From the NCBI GenBank assembly GCA_000004985.1, contig GG738905.1: DNA of 64,000 bases; one strand, written 5' to 3'. The number at the start of each line of letters is the position of its first letter. Positions within the stretch are counted from its first letter, which is position 1. Origin of the DNA: Naegleria gruberi. Taxonomy: Eukaryota. A program made the position numbers and the translations under genes. Shown piece by piece: positions 11,558-22,163 of the stretch. Under the pieces are notes generated by a model that saw only the letters and a program-made list of their open reading frames with translations, ran no database searches and was not told where the DNA came from.

Positions 11558-12384
11558 TTATGGAGCAATTGTCATTAATAAAAGTAAAATGATGCAAGTT
11601 GCAATTACAAAAGCTAAAATAATCATATCCCTTCTATTCTTTTGTTGAATTCTATTCAAAAGTCCATCAATAACAGGAAATCTTCCTAAAAAAATAATTA
11701 CAATAATTTGTCAAATTAAAATTGACTTACCTTTCATATTATTAAGAACTCTATCAAAATTTCTAAATATTTCCATTTGTTCTTCTAGAGCTGCTTTGGA
11801 AGTGTGACCTTGTGTAATTAAATTTTGCATTCTTATATTGGTATCTCTTAATCTTTGAATTTCAGATTCACGTGATGATCCTAACAACGAATCATTTTCA
11901 TTATTTCTATTCGAATTATTTAAATAATAAATAAAATCTATTAAACATACACATCCTCTTCATCAGAAATATACAATAAATCATTCCTATTTTTCTTATT
12001 TGCTAATCTTTGTCTTCTCGATTTAAATTCTTGTTTAATTCTATTAAAAAATGTTTCATGTTGTTCATATTGATACACAATTGATGATGATAATATTGAA
12101 TGATTATTTTCATCTTTAATAAATTCCTTCATCCTATCATTTACTTCTCGTAACTATTAAAATAATTAATAATCACATCATGATGATCATCATACCTCTT
12201 TTAATAAATGGTCAATTTCCTCCGTTATTGCTTCAAACAACTGTTCCGATGTTGATATATTGTTAGATACTATTGGTTCTTGGAATAATTCATCCTCTAT
12301 CTTGGTTGCTAAATTTTGGTAAGTGATTAACTTTTGTTCAATTTTATTTTCAAGTTGTGTAGCTTGTTTGAGCAGTTGATTCAT
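11558..12384 (-). CDS. GOSR1: Golgi SNAP receptor complex member 1 (GOS-28-type Qb-SNARE). Four exons.
   Basis: Exons are about 12384-12195, 12139-11950, 11905-11731 and 11685-11558. The first two introns are ~44-55 nt; the last intron is about 11686-11730 with a GTAAGT donor and a tttttttAG acceptor. The N-terminus MNQLLKQATQLENKIEQKL matches the GOSR1 N-terminus. The C-terminus GRFPVIDGLLNRIQQKNRRDMIILAFVIATCIILLLL matches the GOSR1 SNARE/TM end (ANRFPAVNSLIQRINLRKRRDSLILGGVIGICTILLLL). Its stop codon lies 5 nt from the convergent kinesin stop. Confidence 0.8.
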
Positions 12385-12545
12385 TTTTTTAATATTAAAA
12401 ATAAATTTGATGACCTATAATGCTCGTCATCACACTCTGCTTCTTTAAATTTCACCATCGTTTGTTACTACTATTGAATCTTTTTAAATCTATTTAAATC
12501 TCAAAACTTATTTCCTTATTATATTGAATGAAATGATTTAAATGG

Positions 12546-13097
12546 CTACTTTTCATTAACAACTAGTCCAACAATTGTCTTCACACTTTCATCATTCAAT
12601 CTTCCAAGTTTTGGTTGATCTTCAATGTTGTTTGATTGGTCTGAGTGATCTGAATGATGAAATAAAAGTGGTTTGTAAAAAGTATAGTTGGTAAGATGAA
12701 ATGATTTCCAATTAGGAGAAGTTTGATAATAGTAAAATCTCAAGTTATTAAAAACCATATCTTTTTTGTAGGCTGAACTAAACTCTTTTAAACAATTAAT
12801 TCTAACATAATTCTGTGATTCATTTTCATAATTTGGATTTTCCATTAATTGATATTTAGATAATAATGTAATAAATGTTCCATTTTGTGCTTTGTATTTA
12901 ATTGTTACATGGGAACAATAGAAATTTCGAAATATTATAAATCCAATCTTATTAATTCATCAATAAAAACAATTCCGAACCAAACATACTTGAGTGGGTT
13001 TTTCAAATTTTACATCTTGATATATTAAACAAGGTCTCTTTGATTGTTCCTTAACAATGTCCAGTAATTTAAAATCACACAAAACAGGTGTGTTCAT
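12546..13097 (-). CDS. Hypothetical protein. Two same-frame ORFs are separated by tandem in-frame TGA TGA, so the model is uncertain.
   Basis: ORFs 12960-13259 and 12546-12845 are in the same frame. Only a TGA TGA pair at about 12955-12960 interrupts the frame. The likely start is the internal Met MNTPVLCDF at 13097, which has a TTGGCGCCAAA element ~40 nt upstream. The region between the ORFs has no canonical intron. Confidence 0.35.
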
Positions 13098-13133
13098 CTT
13101 TTTGTATTTTTTATTTAAAAAAATGTAATTAAA

Positions 13134-13143
13134 TTGGCGCCAA
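13134..13143. promoter_or_regulatory. TTGGCGCCAA palindrome between the divergent 13097(-) and 13441(+) gene starts.
   Basis: Exact 10-nt palindrome. Confidence 0.3.
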
Positions 13144-13440
13144 ACTAATTTTACACACTTGTAATGAATATTTTCTAATTCCACCTTATAGGAGGAAGAT
13201 ATCTTATTGCAAAGTGAATGACCAACATTAATAACAATATTTGCACTCTTTAAAAACATTTAATGAGAACACACATTATTGTAAAAGTTCAAAAGCAAGC
13301 TATTATTGGAACAGTAGGAACCTGCAGCAGAGAACCACATTGGAAATTTATTATTAAAAAAAATATTGATCATCATCAACCCTTTAAAAAAATTACACGT
13401 GATTGATCATCATTAAAACTTTCCAACAATTGTACAGAAA

Positions 13441-14043
13441 ATGACTGATAAACGTATTGTAGAAATTATTAACACCAAACAATTCGGTACACTTCTTTAT
13501 GAATGCGAATCACATGAAGTTGAAGTTTTGGCCGGACAAAAACAATCAGCATCAACTCTCTTCTATGGTTCCTTCCTCTTGGGCTATCTTATCAATGATG
13601 ACTTGAATAATTGTAGATTCCTTTGGAAGAGAATGCCAAATGATGCTAAAAAAGATGATGATCTTAAAGGAATATGGGAGGTTGCCAAACAATTATGGAA
13701 TAGAAACTATGAAGGAGCCTACCAAGCAATTTCTCAATTGAGCCCTGCATCTCCACAATTGAAGGAACTTATCAATTATTTTGTCGATCAATTACGTCAA
13801 AGAACATTGTTACTCATTTCAAAGGCTTATGCTAATATTAACACTAATGATTTGATGAAATGTTTAGGTATCAATGATGTGAATGTTTTGAATCAAATTG
13901 TTTCACCATTGAATTGGACTTTTGATAGTGCTACTAATGTATACATTCCACAAGTAATTACTGTTAAACCACCAGAAATGCCTGTTGGTCTCGATGCTAT
14001 CAAGGGTATGACTCAAAAGGCTGTCTTTTTGGAATTGGACTAA
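13441..14043 (+). CDS. CSN8: COP9 signalosome subunit 8 (PCI domain, CSN8/PSMD8 family).
   Basis: The 200-aa ORF aligns with CSN8: LLYECESHEVE with LLDQCENQELE, NCRFLWKRMP with NARYLWKRIP, and GIWEVAKQLWNRNY with GIWSVGQRIWQRDF. Length matches. Confidence 0.7.
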   Translation: MTDKRIVEIINTKQFGTLLYECESHEVEVLAGQKQSASTLFYGSFLLGYLINDDLNNCRFLWKRMPNDAKKDDDLKGIWEVAKQLWNRNYEGAYQAISQLSPASPQLKELINYFVDQLRQRTLLLISKAYANINTNDLMKCLGINDVNVLNQIVSPLNWTFDSATNVYIPQVITVKPPEMPVGLDAIKGMTQKAVFLELD

Positions 14044-14644
14044 ATACTTTCTATTAAAAATCATTGTACTATTAAATGTTATTGTTGCTTCCAACATTTT
14101 GAGAAGATGAACTTTGATGAAATTAGTCTACACTCTATTAAATCAATGTCTCATTATGAATTCAAATGAATAGTGTAATGAGTATTAGACTTTAAATGAT
14201 ACATTTAATTGTTATGCTTTACACGTGCACAAACAAGTCTAAAAAATCACCCATTCTCCTTTGTTTGGTTCCAAAGTAGACGTTCGTACCAGAATATTTT
14301 TCATCGGTGCGAATCCATCAAAAGCCTTGGGAACGACAACAACAAAAAATACACCACACTGAACAACTCCGCCATCCACTTGTCAACAACAAACCACCAC
14401 CCAACAACCCAACAAATATTGTTGAACGTTGAATTGATAATAGTCTAAATTGTCTTTGGCAATACGCAAACAGTTGTTGTCCCAAAATCATCAACAAGAG
14501 TAACAATTACCAAGTCTTCAACGAACTAAACAATAACTATCTCCAAAGCTTTTATTATACAAAATTTAATTGCTTTTAATAACTAATTATCCACCATCAT
14601 ACAACTATTATTTATTATTTAAAAACGATCATCACTAAAACAAA

Positions 14645-15782
14645 ATGAATAACAACAATCCACAATCAAGACCTCCAATGTTGAACGTATCAACGGTCGT
14701 TAAATCAAAATGGAAAATTCAAGGAAAGTTAGGTCAAGGTGCATTCGGAGAAACCTATGCTGCTGTCGATCTTCATAGTGGCGAGGATGTTGCCATTAAA
14801 GTAGAAAAACTAGATAACAAGAAGATCGTACTTAAATTAGAAGTTATCGCTTTGAAGAAAGTTCAAGCTTGTCCATATGTTGTAAGATACATTCACAGTG
14901 GAAGACAAGACGATTACAATTTTCTTGTCATGGAAAGACTGGGAGAAAGTTTAGCTGATTTACGTAAACGAACACCTCGTGGAGCTTTCTCAATGAGTAC
15001 AACATTGAGATTAGGTATTCAAATGATTGAAAGTTTAGAAGGTGTACACAAATTAGGTTATATTCATCGTGATGTGAAGGTATGTTAATATTATTGTTAT
15101 TGTTTATTATAATTTTTTCATTATTTAGCCATCTAACTTTGTAATGGGAAGATCGAAACCTAAAAGAGGAAGAACCTATCTCATCGATTTTGGTCTAGCT
15201 CGTAAATATAAATTACCAAGTGGTGAAATTAGACCACCACGTAGAAATGCTGGATTTAGAGGTACAGCTCGTTATGCATCTATAAATTCCCATCATTCTA
15301 AAGAATTGGGAAGACGAGATGATTTGTGGTCTGTTTTTTATGTGTTGGTAGAATTTGCTTTAGGTTCCCTTCCATGGAGAAAGATCAAAGACAAAGAACA
15401 TATTGGTGAACTGAAAGAACGGTTCACAAATGCAGAATTGGTTAAAGATTTACCAAATGAATATCAATTATTTATGGAACATTTACAAAAATTAGGATAT
15501 GCTGATGAACCTGATTATGATTTTTTGAAGTCATTACTTCTCCAAGTATATAGCAGAGATGGTTATTCACATGATGAACCATTCGATTGGCAAAGAAGAG
15601 ACAAACAATCAATACCACCACATATTGATCTCACTAGTATTGTTGATGATCAACCTGTTGTTTCTGCCACTGAAAACTTCCCTCAAAAGTTTGTCAATGG
15701 ACAAAAGAGTGAAGATAAACCACCAAAGAATAATGTTGATTCTGAAAAGTCAAGCAAAGGATGTAAATGCGTGATTTTGTAG
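14645..15782 (+). CDS. Tau-tubulin kinase-like protein kinase (CK1 group). Two exons.
   Basis: Exon 1 is 14645-15079 and ends HRDVK with a GTATGT donor. The intron is 15080-15128 with the acceptor tatttAG. Exon 2 is 15129-15782. The spliced protein reads HRDVKPSNFVMG. It carries GQGAFGE, a VAIK lysine, LIDFGLARKY, RPPRNAGFRGTARYAS and DDLWSVFYVLVEFALGSLPWRKIKDKE, all close to TTBK1/2. Confidence 0.8.
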
Positions 15783-15910
15783 ATGGACAATATATAGCTC
15801 AATACCTTTTTATTATTGAGGCATTGTATTTCTATTTGCACCAAAATAGTGATCTTAGTCGAGTTTTTAATCTCTGAAATGTAAATGAATAAACCAATTA
15901 TTTGATTCTT

Positions 15911-15920
15911 TTGGCGCCAA
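15911..15920. promoter_or_regulatory. TTGGCGCCAA palindrome about 43 nt upstream of the SWIM/RING gene ATG.
   Basis: Exact 10-nt palindrome in the TTBK-to-SWIM spacer. Confidence 0.3.
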
Positions 15921-15962
15921 ATCATTTACTAGTATTTGAAAGTAATAACTACTCATAAAAAA

Positions 15963-17336
15963 ATGATGTACAAACAGCAAGTGGATAAGGAGGACGTAGA
16001 AAAATTAGCTCTCAATATTGAACAAGTTCAAAATCCAGGAGAAACACCATTCTATGTTATTAAGAGTCTCGGAAAAACAAATTTTCTTATAAAACACAAA
16101 GGATCAAAATATAAAGTTGCAATAGGAGAAAGGAATGAATGTTCTTGTTCATTGAAACGTTCCGTAAATTGTGTTCATATTTTATTTGTTTTATTGAAGA
16201 TTTATGGCTTGGAAACCGATTCGGCACTTCTTAAGAAGGTTGCATTCAATGAATATGAACTTCAAAATATTCTTCAAGGAAAAAAGTGTTATTATGAAAA
16301 AAAGAAACATTTATTTACAAAGGATCATCAAACACAGTCTTCATCTGGTTCTGAAGAGAGTTCGAAAAAAAGAGGTCCAAGACAAATTGAGGAAGGTGAT
16401 TGTTGTCCAATTTGTATGGATGAAATTTCAGAAAAAGACATTGATGTCAGTTTAGTGTGTTGTAGATATTCATGTGGTAATTATATTCATGCAAATTGTT
16501 TAAGGGAATACTTTGCAAATTCATATCAGAAACATAGATCTTGTCCTTTTTGCAGATTTGATTGGAAAAATGATCTTGACAATCAAATACTTGATTTAAA
16601 AAATAAGAAAATGAAAAAGAAGGAGGAAAATACTGTCACTTCATTTAATTGTGCTGAATGTCAATCTCAATTAGAAAGTAAGAAGAAAATATTTGTTTGC
16701 CATTTTTGTTACAAATGCAGAAACTCAGTGGTACCATTTTGTAATAACTGTTATCGTAGTAAGGATGTGCACATTCAACACAAAGGAAAATATTATGTTG
16801 TTAGAATTGGAAATTCAAAGAAAATTGATCATGAAATTCTCAAGGAGGAAGAAATAACAGATAGGCAGAAAGATATTATGCCATTTGCTAATTCTAATGA
16901 AGGTGTTGGGAACACATCACCAATAACTTGTCAAATTCATTCATTTCCCAATTTAATGTCCTTACCAAAGCAGTTGACTTTTCCAAATCCTCAATCAATT
17001 CAACCACCACAATTCACACCATCCCATCAACAAAATCAACCTAGTAGACTTTCCAAACCAATGTCAAGTAATTTATCTTTTAAAAACAAGGACAAACATT
17101 CAAACAGTTCAGAAGATTTAGATTCCCTATTATCAATTATTGGAAACACGTATGTTGATCAACCAAAATCACCAAGAAAACAATACAATTCCAGTCTTAA
17201 AAGAGGATTTACATTCACTCAACAAAGTAAGAGAACAGAGACTTTGAATCATACCAATAATTTAGACTCACTCTTGACCATAACGAATCATCATCCTTCA
17301 ATATTTATTCCAAATTCTTCACCCAAAAGAAAGTAA
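15963..17336 (+). CDS. SWIM zinc finger + RING-H2 + ZZ-type zinc finger protein (ZSWIM2-like E3 ligase architecture).
   Basis: SWIM motif CSCSLKRSVNCVHILFVL. RING-H2 motif CCPICMDEI...CCRYSCGNYIHANCLREY...CPFCRFDW. A second Cys-rich ZZ-like module FNCAECQSQ...CHFCYKC...CNNCY. The likely start is MMYKQQ at 15963 (aaaaaaATG). The ORF-track start at 15936 uses TTG. Confidence 0.6.
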   Translation: MMYKQQVDKEDVEKLALNIEQVQNPGETPFYVIKSLGKTNFLIKHKGSKYKVAIGERNECSCSLKRSVNCVHILFVLLKIYGLETDSALLKKVAFNEYELQNILQGKKCYYEKKKHLFTKDHQTQSSSGSEESSKKRGPRQIEEGDCCPICMDEISEKDIDVSLVCCRYSCGNYIHANCLREYFANSYQKHRSCPFCRFDWKNDLDNQILDLKNKKMKKKEENTVTSFNCAECQSQLESKKKIFVCHFCYKCRNSVVPFCNNCYRSKDVHIQHKGKYYVVRIGNSKKIDHEILKEEEITDRQKDIMPFANSNEGVGNTSPITCQIHSFPNLMSLPKQLTFPNPQSIQPPQFTPSHQQNQPSRLSKPMSSNLSFKNKDKHSNSSEDLDSLLSIIGNTYVDQPKSPRKQYNSSLKRGFTFTQQSKRTETLNHTNNLDSLLTITNHHPSIFIPNSSPKRK

Positions 17337-17362
17337 TAATAAAATTAACAAAATGAAAATGT

Positions 17363-17370
17363 GCGCCAAA
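17363..17370. promoter_or_regulatory. GCGCCAAA element (a second GCGCCAAC lies at 17427-17434) upstream of the IFT74 ATG.
   Basis: Two half-site variants in the 116-nt spacer. Confidence 0.25.
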
Positions 17371-17452
17371 AATCTAACCTCCTCTAACTACTCATCAAAA
17401 ATTGTAGTCAAAAATAGGTTGTATGAGCGCCAACAAAAACCAACCATAAAAA

Positions 17453-19231
17453 ATGAGTCGACCATTAATGAGCAGAGGTCTTTTTACTGGTGCCAATCCA
17501 GGTAACACAACAGCTGTGCCAGGAACAGGTACAAGGAGAGGAACAGGAACAGCAACAAGAGCTGGTATGCAAACAGGAGGTGTTGGCATTGGCCTTAGTA
17601 CTGATATTACTGTTGAGGATAGACCAGTTACCAGAGAAGGAATGTTTGGTATGAAAGCCCCTTTAACAAATCAAAAAAGACAAGTTCAATCATCATCATA
17701 TTTTCTCGGAGAATTACATGCAAAGATTTCATCATTGACTGAAGAATTGGAACGTTTAAGGAATGAAGGAAGAAAACTTCAACAGGATCGTGTTCAATCT
17801 GAAGCTTTAGTAAAAAAAGAAGCAGATTTAAAGGATGAAATTGTTCAATTAACAAGTAGAGCTAGGGATTTGAATGCAAGTGTCGAAAAACTTCAACAAT
17901 TCGACGCTATCAATGCTCAAGATAGAGAGCCATTGGAAAAATTAAAGGCTCAATATGAAAAGTTTAAAGCAGAGAATGAAAAACTTAAAGAAACAAACAA
18001 TGAAATTTTCAGAAAGAGAAATGCGAGTGATGAAATGATTAGAGATATTGAACAAAAGATACAAGACTATCACGATGATCTTCAAGATAAATTAAATGTG
18101 GATCTTTCAAAGAGGAATATTTACTTCTCTCTTAAAGATGAAAAAGCAGAATTGGAAGAAGTTTATAGAGAAATGGAACATCAAATGCAAGAATTGAATG
18201 ATTACTTGCAAGGAGATGGTGGTGCTGTATTATCGAATGATCCTCAAAAGCAAAAATACTATGAAAAGCTGCAAGAAAAGAGAGCTCTAGAAAAGAGAAA
18301 ACAAGATGTACAAAATAAGCTTAGTGGTGGCACTGTTACAGACGAAGAAAAGAACCATTTAATGCTCCAAATGAAAAATGATAAGCAAGATGCTGCTCGT
18401 CTCCAAGAAGCAATCAAACAATGTAAAAATCTGGTAACTTCTGAAAAGGAAAAAATGAAGGTACTTTCTGATCAATTGGATTCACATAGAGGAGATAAGT
18501 CAAAGAGTTACTCTGAATTGAAGAATAAGGATACAGTACTGACTAAGTATATGGCTAACTTTGATACTGACAAGAATAAGGAATTGAAGGAATTAGCTGA
18601 CCATCAAGAAATCATTGTAAAATTATTAGATCACATTAGTAATAACATGGGAGATCAAGAAAATATGCCAACTCAAACAAAACTTGAAGAAATGAAAGAC
18701 GATTTGGCTTTCAAACAGGACCAAAGAAATATTTCGTTATCTACACTTGAAAGATTGAGACAAGATTTGAAACAAAGAAAGGAAGAAATGGATAAGGTTA
18801 ATAATTTGGAAGTCAAGATTGTTCAAGATATGAAACGATTAGATGAATCGATGAGAGACATGAAAAATTCTCTTGATACATACAGTAATATTGATTTGTT
18901 AAAGAGGCAATACGAAAAGCAAAAATCTGATTTAGTGGAGAAGAGAGAACAATTGAAATTATTGAAAGAAAATCTGAAAACGGAAATGCACTTGCTCAGC
19001 AGATATAATACTACTTTGGATAGAAAAGTTAAATCCAATGATTTATATACTATTCTCAATGATTTAGAACAAAAGATTAGAGTGTATGAACAAAACAATT
19101 TCCTTCTCAATGATTATATTACTCAAAAGGGTGCTGAATCTGATTATTCAATGGTTAAGTATAATACAATGAAACTTGTAAATGAAGCATGTGAATCAGT
19201 CAAGGAAGCAGCTGCCAATAATGTTTTCTAA
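17453..19231 (+). CDS. IFT74: Intraflagellar transport protein 74 (IFT-B core).
   Basis: 592-aa single ORF. It has a Gly/Arg/Thr-rich basic N-terminus, then DRPVTREGMFGMKAPLTNQKRQVQSSSYFLGELHAKISSLTEEL, which aligns with human IFT74 HRPVTQQGLTGMK...[25 protein letters not shown]. A long coiled coil follows. Confidence 0.8.
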   Translation: MSRPLMSRGLFTGANPGNTTAVPGTGTRRGTGTATRAGMQTGGVGIGLSTDITVEDRPVTREGMFGMKAPLTNQKRQVQSSSYFLGELHAKISSLTEELERLRNEGRKLQQDRVQSEALVKKEADLKDEIVQLTSRARDLNASVEKLQQFDAINAQDREPLEKLKAQYEKFKAENEKLKETNNEIFRKRNASDEMIRDIEQKIQDYHDDLQDKLNVDLSKRNIYFSLKDEKAELEEVYREMEHQMQELNDYLQGDGGAVLSNDPQKQKYYEKLQEKRALEKRKQDVQNKLSGGTVTDEEKNHLMLQMKNDKQDAARLQEAIKQCKNLVTSEKEKMKVLSDQLDSHRGDKSKSYSELKNKDTVLTKYMANFDTDKNKELKELADHQEIIVKLLDHISNNMGDQENMPTQTKLEEMKDDLAFKQDQRNISLSTLERLRQDLKQRKEEMDKVNNLEVKIVQDMKRLDESMRDMKNSLDTYSNIDLLKRQYEKQKSDLVEKREQLKLLKENLKTEMHLLSRYNTTLDRKVKSNDLYTILNDLEQKIRVYEQNNFLLNDYITQKGAESDYSMVKYNTMKLVNEACESVKEAAANNVF

Positions 19232-19377
19232 GACTTAACAGCAATAAACAAAAATTCTGTAAACAACCATTTTCCAGAATGAACTTCAAATAATTATTTT
19301 ACCTGTTATCCAATTCAGAATTGACTTGTAATTCGTCAGCTAACAACAATTTATTAATAGAATTTAACTTTAAAAAA

Positions 19378-20241
19378 ATGATAAACAAGAGACAGGCATC
19401 TACATCACAACAATTTAGACAACAAAAAGACTTGGAAGAGGATACTGAAACTAGAGTACGCAACAAGATCAAGACAATCATGAAATCGGACAAGAGGAAG
19501 GTTGATCATAAACCAACAAAAATTCATAAAGATAAATTATTAAAATGTTATTCAGCATTTAAACAAGTAATGCAAGAGTCACACATTGAACATTTCCTTT
19601 CTCTTGGTAATCATGAACCAAAAGAGAATCTTATTAGATTTTCAACTAGTGAATTAGAATATATTGAACATTTACATATTTATGATTTTGATGGTACACT
19701 TTTTGAAACATTATTACCTGAAGAAGGAATGGAATTATATAGAAAAGTAACAGGAAAATCTTGGCCTCATGGAATGAGTTGGTGGTCAAGAAAGGAATCA
19801 GTTTCAACATTTACATATGTAAAAGATAAAAATGATGAACATTTAGTTAAAGAAGGTGAAGCATATCCACACTATATTCAAGCTAAAAAATCACAAAAGA
19901 AATCAGATTTAATAGTTATGATGACTGGTAGAAAGAGTGTAATGAAAAGAGAAATAACTGAATTTTTAAAACATAGATTGACTGACAAGCTGATGCCTGA
20001 AGTTTTATGTTTCAAGCCAGATGAATTTGGTAGCTCAAATACTATTGGATTCAAAGTTAGACAGATATATTCTTTCTGTAATTCTTTACCAAATTTAAAA
20101 CAAGTTACAATGTGGGAAGATAGAGTTGAACATGCAAACAGATTCCAAAAATTAGAAATCAAAAACTTTACTTTAAATAACCCTATTTCAATAACTGTAC
20201 AATTGGTTGGAAAGGAAAAAGATGAAGCAATGGTTGAATAA
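19378..20241 (+). CDS. HAD-superfamily hydrolase-like protein.
   Basis: DxDGT motif I (IYDFDGTLFETLLP), in the style of Swiss-Army-Knife RNA-repair HAD domains. The likely start is MINKRQ at 19378 (aaaaaaATG). An in-frame TTG at 19321 is the alternative start. Confidence 0.5.
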   Translation: MINKRQASTSQQFRQQKDLEEDTETRVRNKIKTIMKSDKRKVDHKPTKIHKDKLLKCYSAFKQVMQESHIEHFLSLGNHEPKENLIRFSTSELEYIEHLHIYDFDGTLFETLLPEEGMELYRKVTGKSWPHGMSWWSRKESVSTFTYVKDKNDEHLVKEGEAYPHYIQAKKSQKKSDLIVMMTGRKSVMKREITEFLKHRLTDKLMPEVLCFKPDEFGSSNTIGFKVRQIYSFCNSLPNLKQVTMWEDRVEHANRFQKLEIKNFTLNNPISITVQLVGKEKDEAMVE

Positions 20242-20245
20242 ATAA

Positions 20246-22163
20246 TTATTGTCTAACTACAATTGGAACATATGATGGATTCCACATTCTAGATCCAACA
20301 TATTCGTCCATTTCAATATTTGAGTCAATGAAACTCTTTGACTTATTAGCCAACTTTGGAGCATTTCCTTCAGCATATGCTTGTCTGATAACACCAATAG
20401 CAACTTTCTTACTGACCTCTCTGATATCTTCAACTTTTGGATAAACTTCCTTTCTTAAAATTGCTTCATCTGAAACAGTAGCAGCAAGAGCCTTAGAGGC
20501 AGCATAAAGCATATTATCAGTAATTGTGTTACATCCAGATATCTGACTCATCAGACCAAGAGCAGGGAAGATAAACATGTTATTTGCTTGTGGAGGTCTA
20601 ATAACTTGTCCATTTGGTAAAGTTACTAAATCAAATGGTGAACCACTGGCAAATACACCCTTTCCTTCAGTACATTTAAAGACAAGTTCAGCACTTGCTT
20701 CAGATTTGCTTGTTGGATTTGAAAGTGGGAAAATAATAGGTTCCTTTCCTCTTTGCTTACATTGATTACTCATTTCTTTAAGAATATCTTCAGTGAAAAG
20801 TCCACCAATACCTGAAAGACCAAGAAGAATATCAGGTTTAACAGTTCTAATTGTTTCAAGAATTGATAATCCTTCTGGTAAATCATCTCTAACTTCAGCA
20901 TAGTATCTTTGTGATGAAGTGAAATGAATTCCCTTTTCATCACCTTCTTCAATTCTACGAGAGGTTAATAAACCATCCTTATCTACAATATAAAAGTTTT
21001 TACGTGCTTCTTCGTCATCTAAACCTTCACGAACCATAGCTTCTTTCAAACTATTAGTAACTCCCAAACCTGCACTACCAGAACCAACAATCATAATCTT
21101 TTGATCCTTAATATCTTCAAACTTTTGTCCAATAGCTCTCAAACTGTTAAGAATACCAGAAACTTTGAAATATTTCAGTATTTTTCAATATTTTTCAAAA
21201 CTTACCAATAACTGAACCAGTTCCTTGAATATCATCGTTGAATGAAAGATACTTGTTTCTATACTTCTTCAAAACAACTTCTGCCTTATCACTTGTAAAA
21301 TCTTCGAATTGAATTAAAACATTTGGCCATCTTGTTGTAATTGCTTCCATAAATTCATCAACAACATCAAAATATTCTTGTCCAGTCAATCTCTTTTTCT
21401 TAATACCCAAATACAATGGATCATTTAACAACTTTTCATTATTTGTACCAACATCCAACATAACAGGAAGAACTCTACCTGGATTAATACCACCTGCAGC
21501 AACGTACAAAGCAAGTTTACCAATTGGAATACCATCACCATTTGCACCAAGATCTCCGAGACCTAAAATTCTACCACCATCTGTCACTACAATGACGTCA
21601 ACTTCATCAACAGGGTGATTATAAACCATAGCTTTCATTTCTCCACGATCTTCAGCANNNNNNNNNNNNNNNNNNNNNNNNNNNNNNNNNNNNNNNNNNN
21701 NNNNNNNNNNNNNNNNNNNNNNNNNNNNNNNNNNNNNNNNNNNNNNNNNNNNNNNNNNNNNNNNNNNTTCTATCTTGTATTGAGTACAAAATTGATACTT
21801 GTCAATATCTGTTTGTAAACTATTATATCTTTCTGTGATACGTAATAATTGAGTTTCAATATCAACAACAACAGCAGGTAATAAACCTCTGATGTGTAAT
21901 CTATCTCTTTCAGTTATAGAGAATGAAGTACCCTTATTTAATAATGAATTATTCATTACATCAATACCTGTCTATTATTGTTAAATAATAATCGGAATTG
22001 TTAATTATCATCAATATTAACATACTTGTGTAGTTAAAATTAATCCCTTCTTAAAATTTGAGTGATCTTGAAAGCCTCTTGTTTGCTCTACAAATTTACC
22101 ATTTTTGCAAATTAATGATGATGATGAGGCTTTAGCAGATGAATTTAATACTACTCTCTTCAT
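20246..22163 (-). CDS. NAD(P)-dependent malic enzyme, probably organellar. Three exons. Exon 2 is interrupted by an assembly gap.
   Basis: Exon 1 is 22163-22026 (MKRVVLNSSAKASSSSLICKNGKF..., a targeting-peptide-like leader) with a GTATGT donor. Intron 21972-22025. Exon 2 is 21971-21206 (NNSLLNKGTSFSITERDRLHIRGLLP..., VVTDGGRILGLGDLGANGDGIPIGKLALY...FNDDIQGTGSVI) and contains N 21658-21767. Intron 21163-21205. Exon 3 is 21162-20246 (VGSGSAGLGV..., IIFPLSNPT, FASGSPF). These are all malic-enzyme hallmarks. Confidence 0.8.
21658..21767. other. Assembly/scaffold gap (110 N) inside malic-enzyme exon 2.
   Basis: Run of n characters. The flanking coding sequence on both sides matches malic enzyme. 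Confidence 0.95.

Noticed and set aside
12955-12960. Idea that TGA is a sense codon in this organism (alternative nuclear genetic code)
   Set aside because: Dozens of long ORFs with strong homology (BCKDHA, OGC, NPC1-like, malic enzyme) terminate at and are uninterrupted by TGA/TAA/TAG in the standard way. Homologous alignments show no systematic breaks at TGA.
17395-17589. Minus-strand Pro/Val-rich ORF overlapping the IFT74 start
   Set aside because: Complement of the Gly/Thr/Arg-rich, GC-richer N-terminal coding region of IFT74. There is no independent support.
9381-19231. Functional cluster or operon of cilium/centrosome genes (kinesin, TTBK-like, IFT74, Sfi1-like)
   Set aside because: These genes are interspersed with unrelated housekeeping genes (CSN8, GOSR1, HAD, BCKDHA). 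Eukaryotic cilium genes are not normally co-clustered. Proximity is most simply explained by overall gene density.
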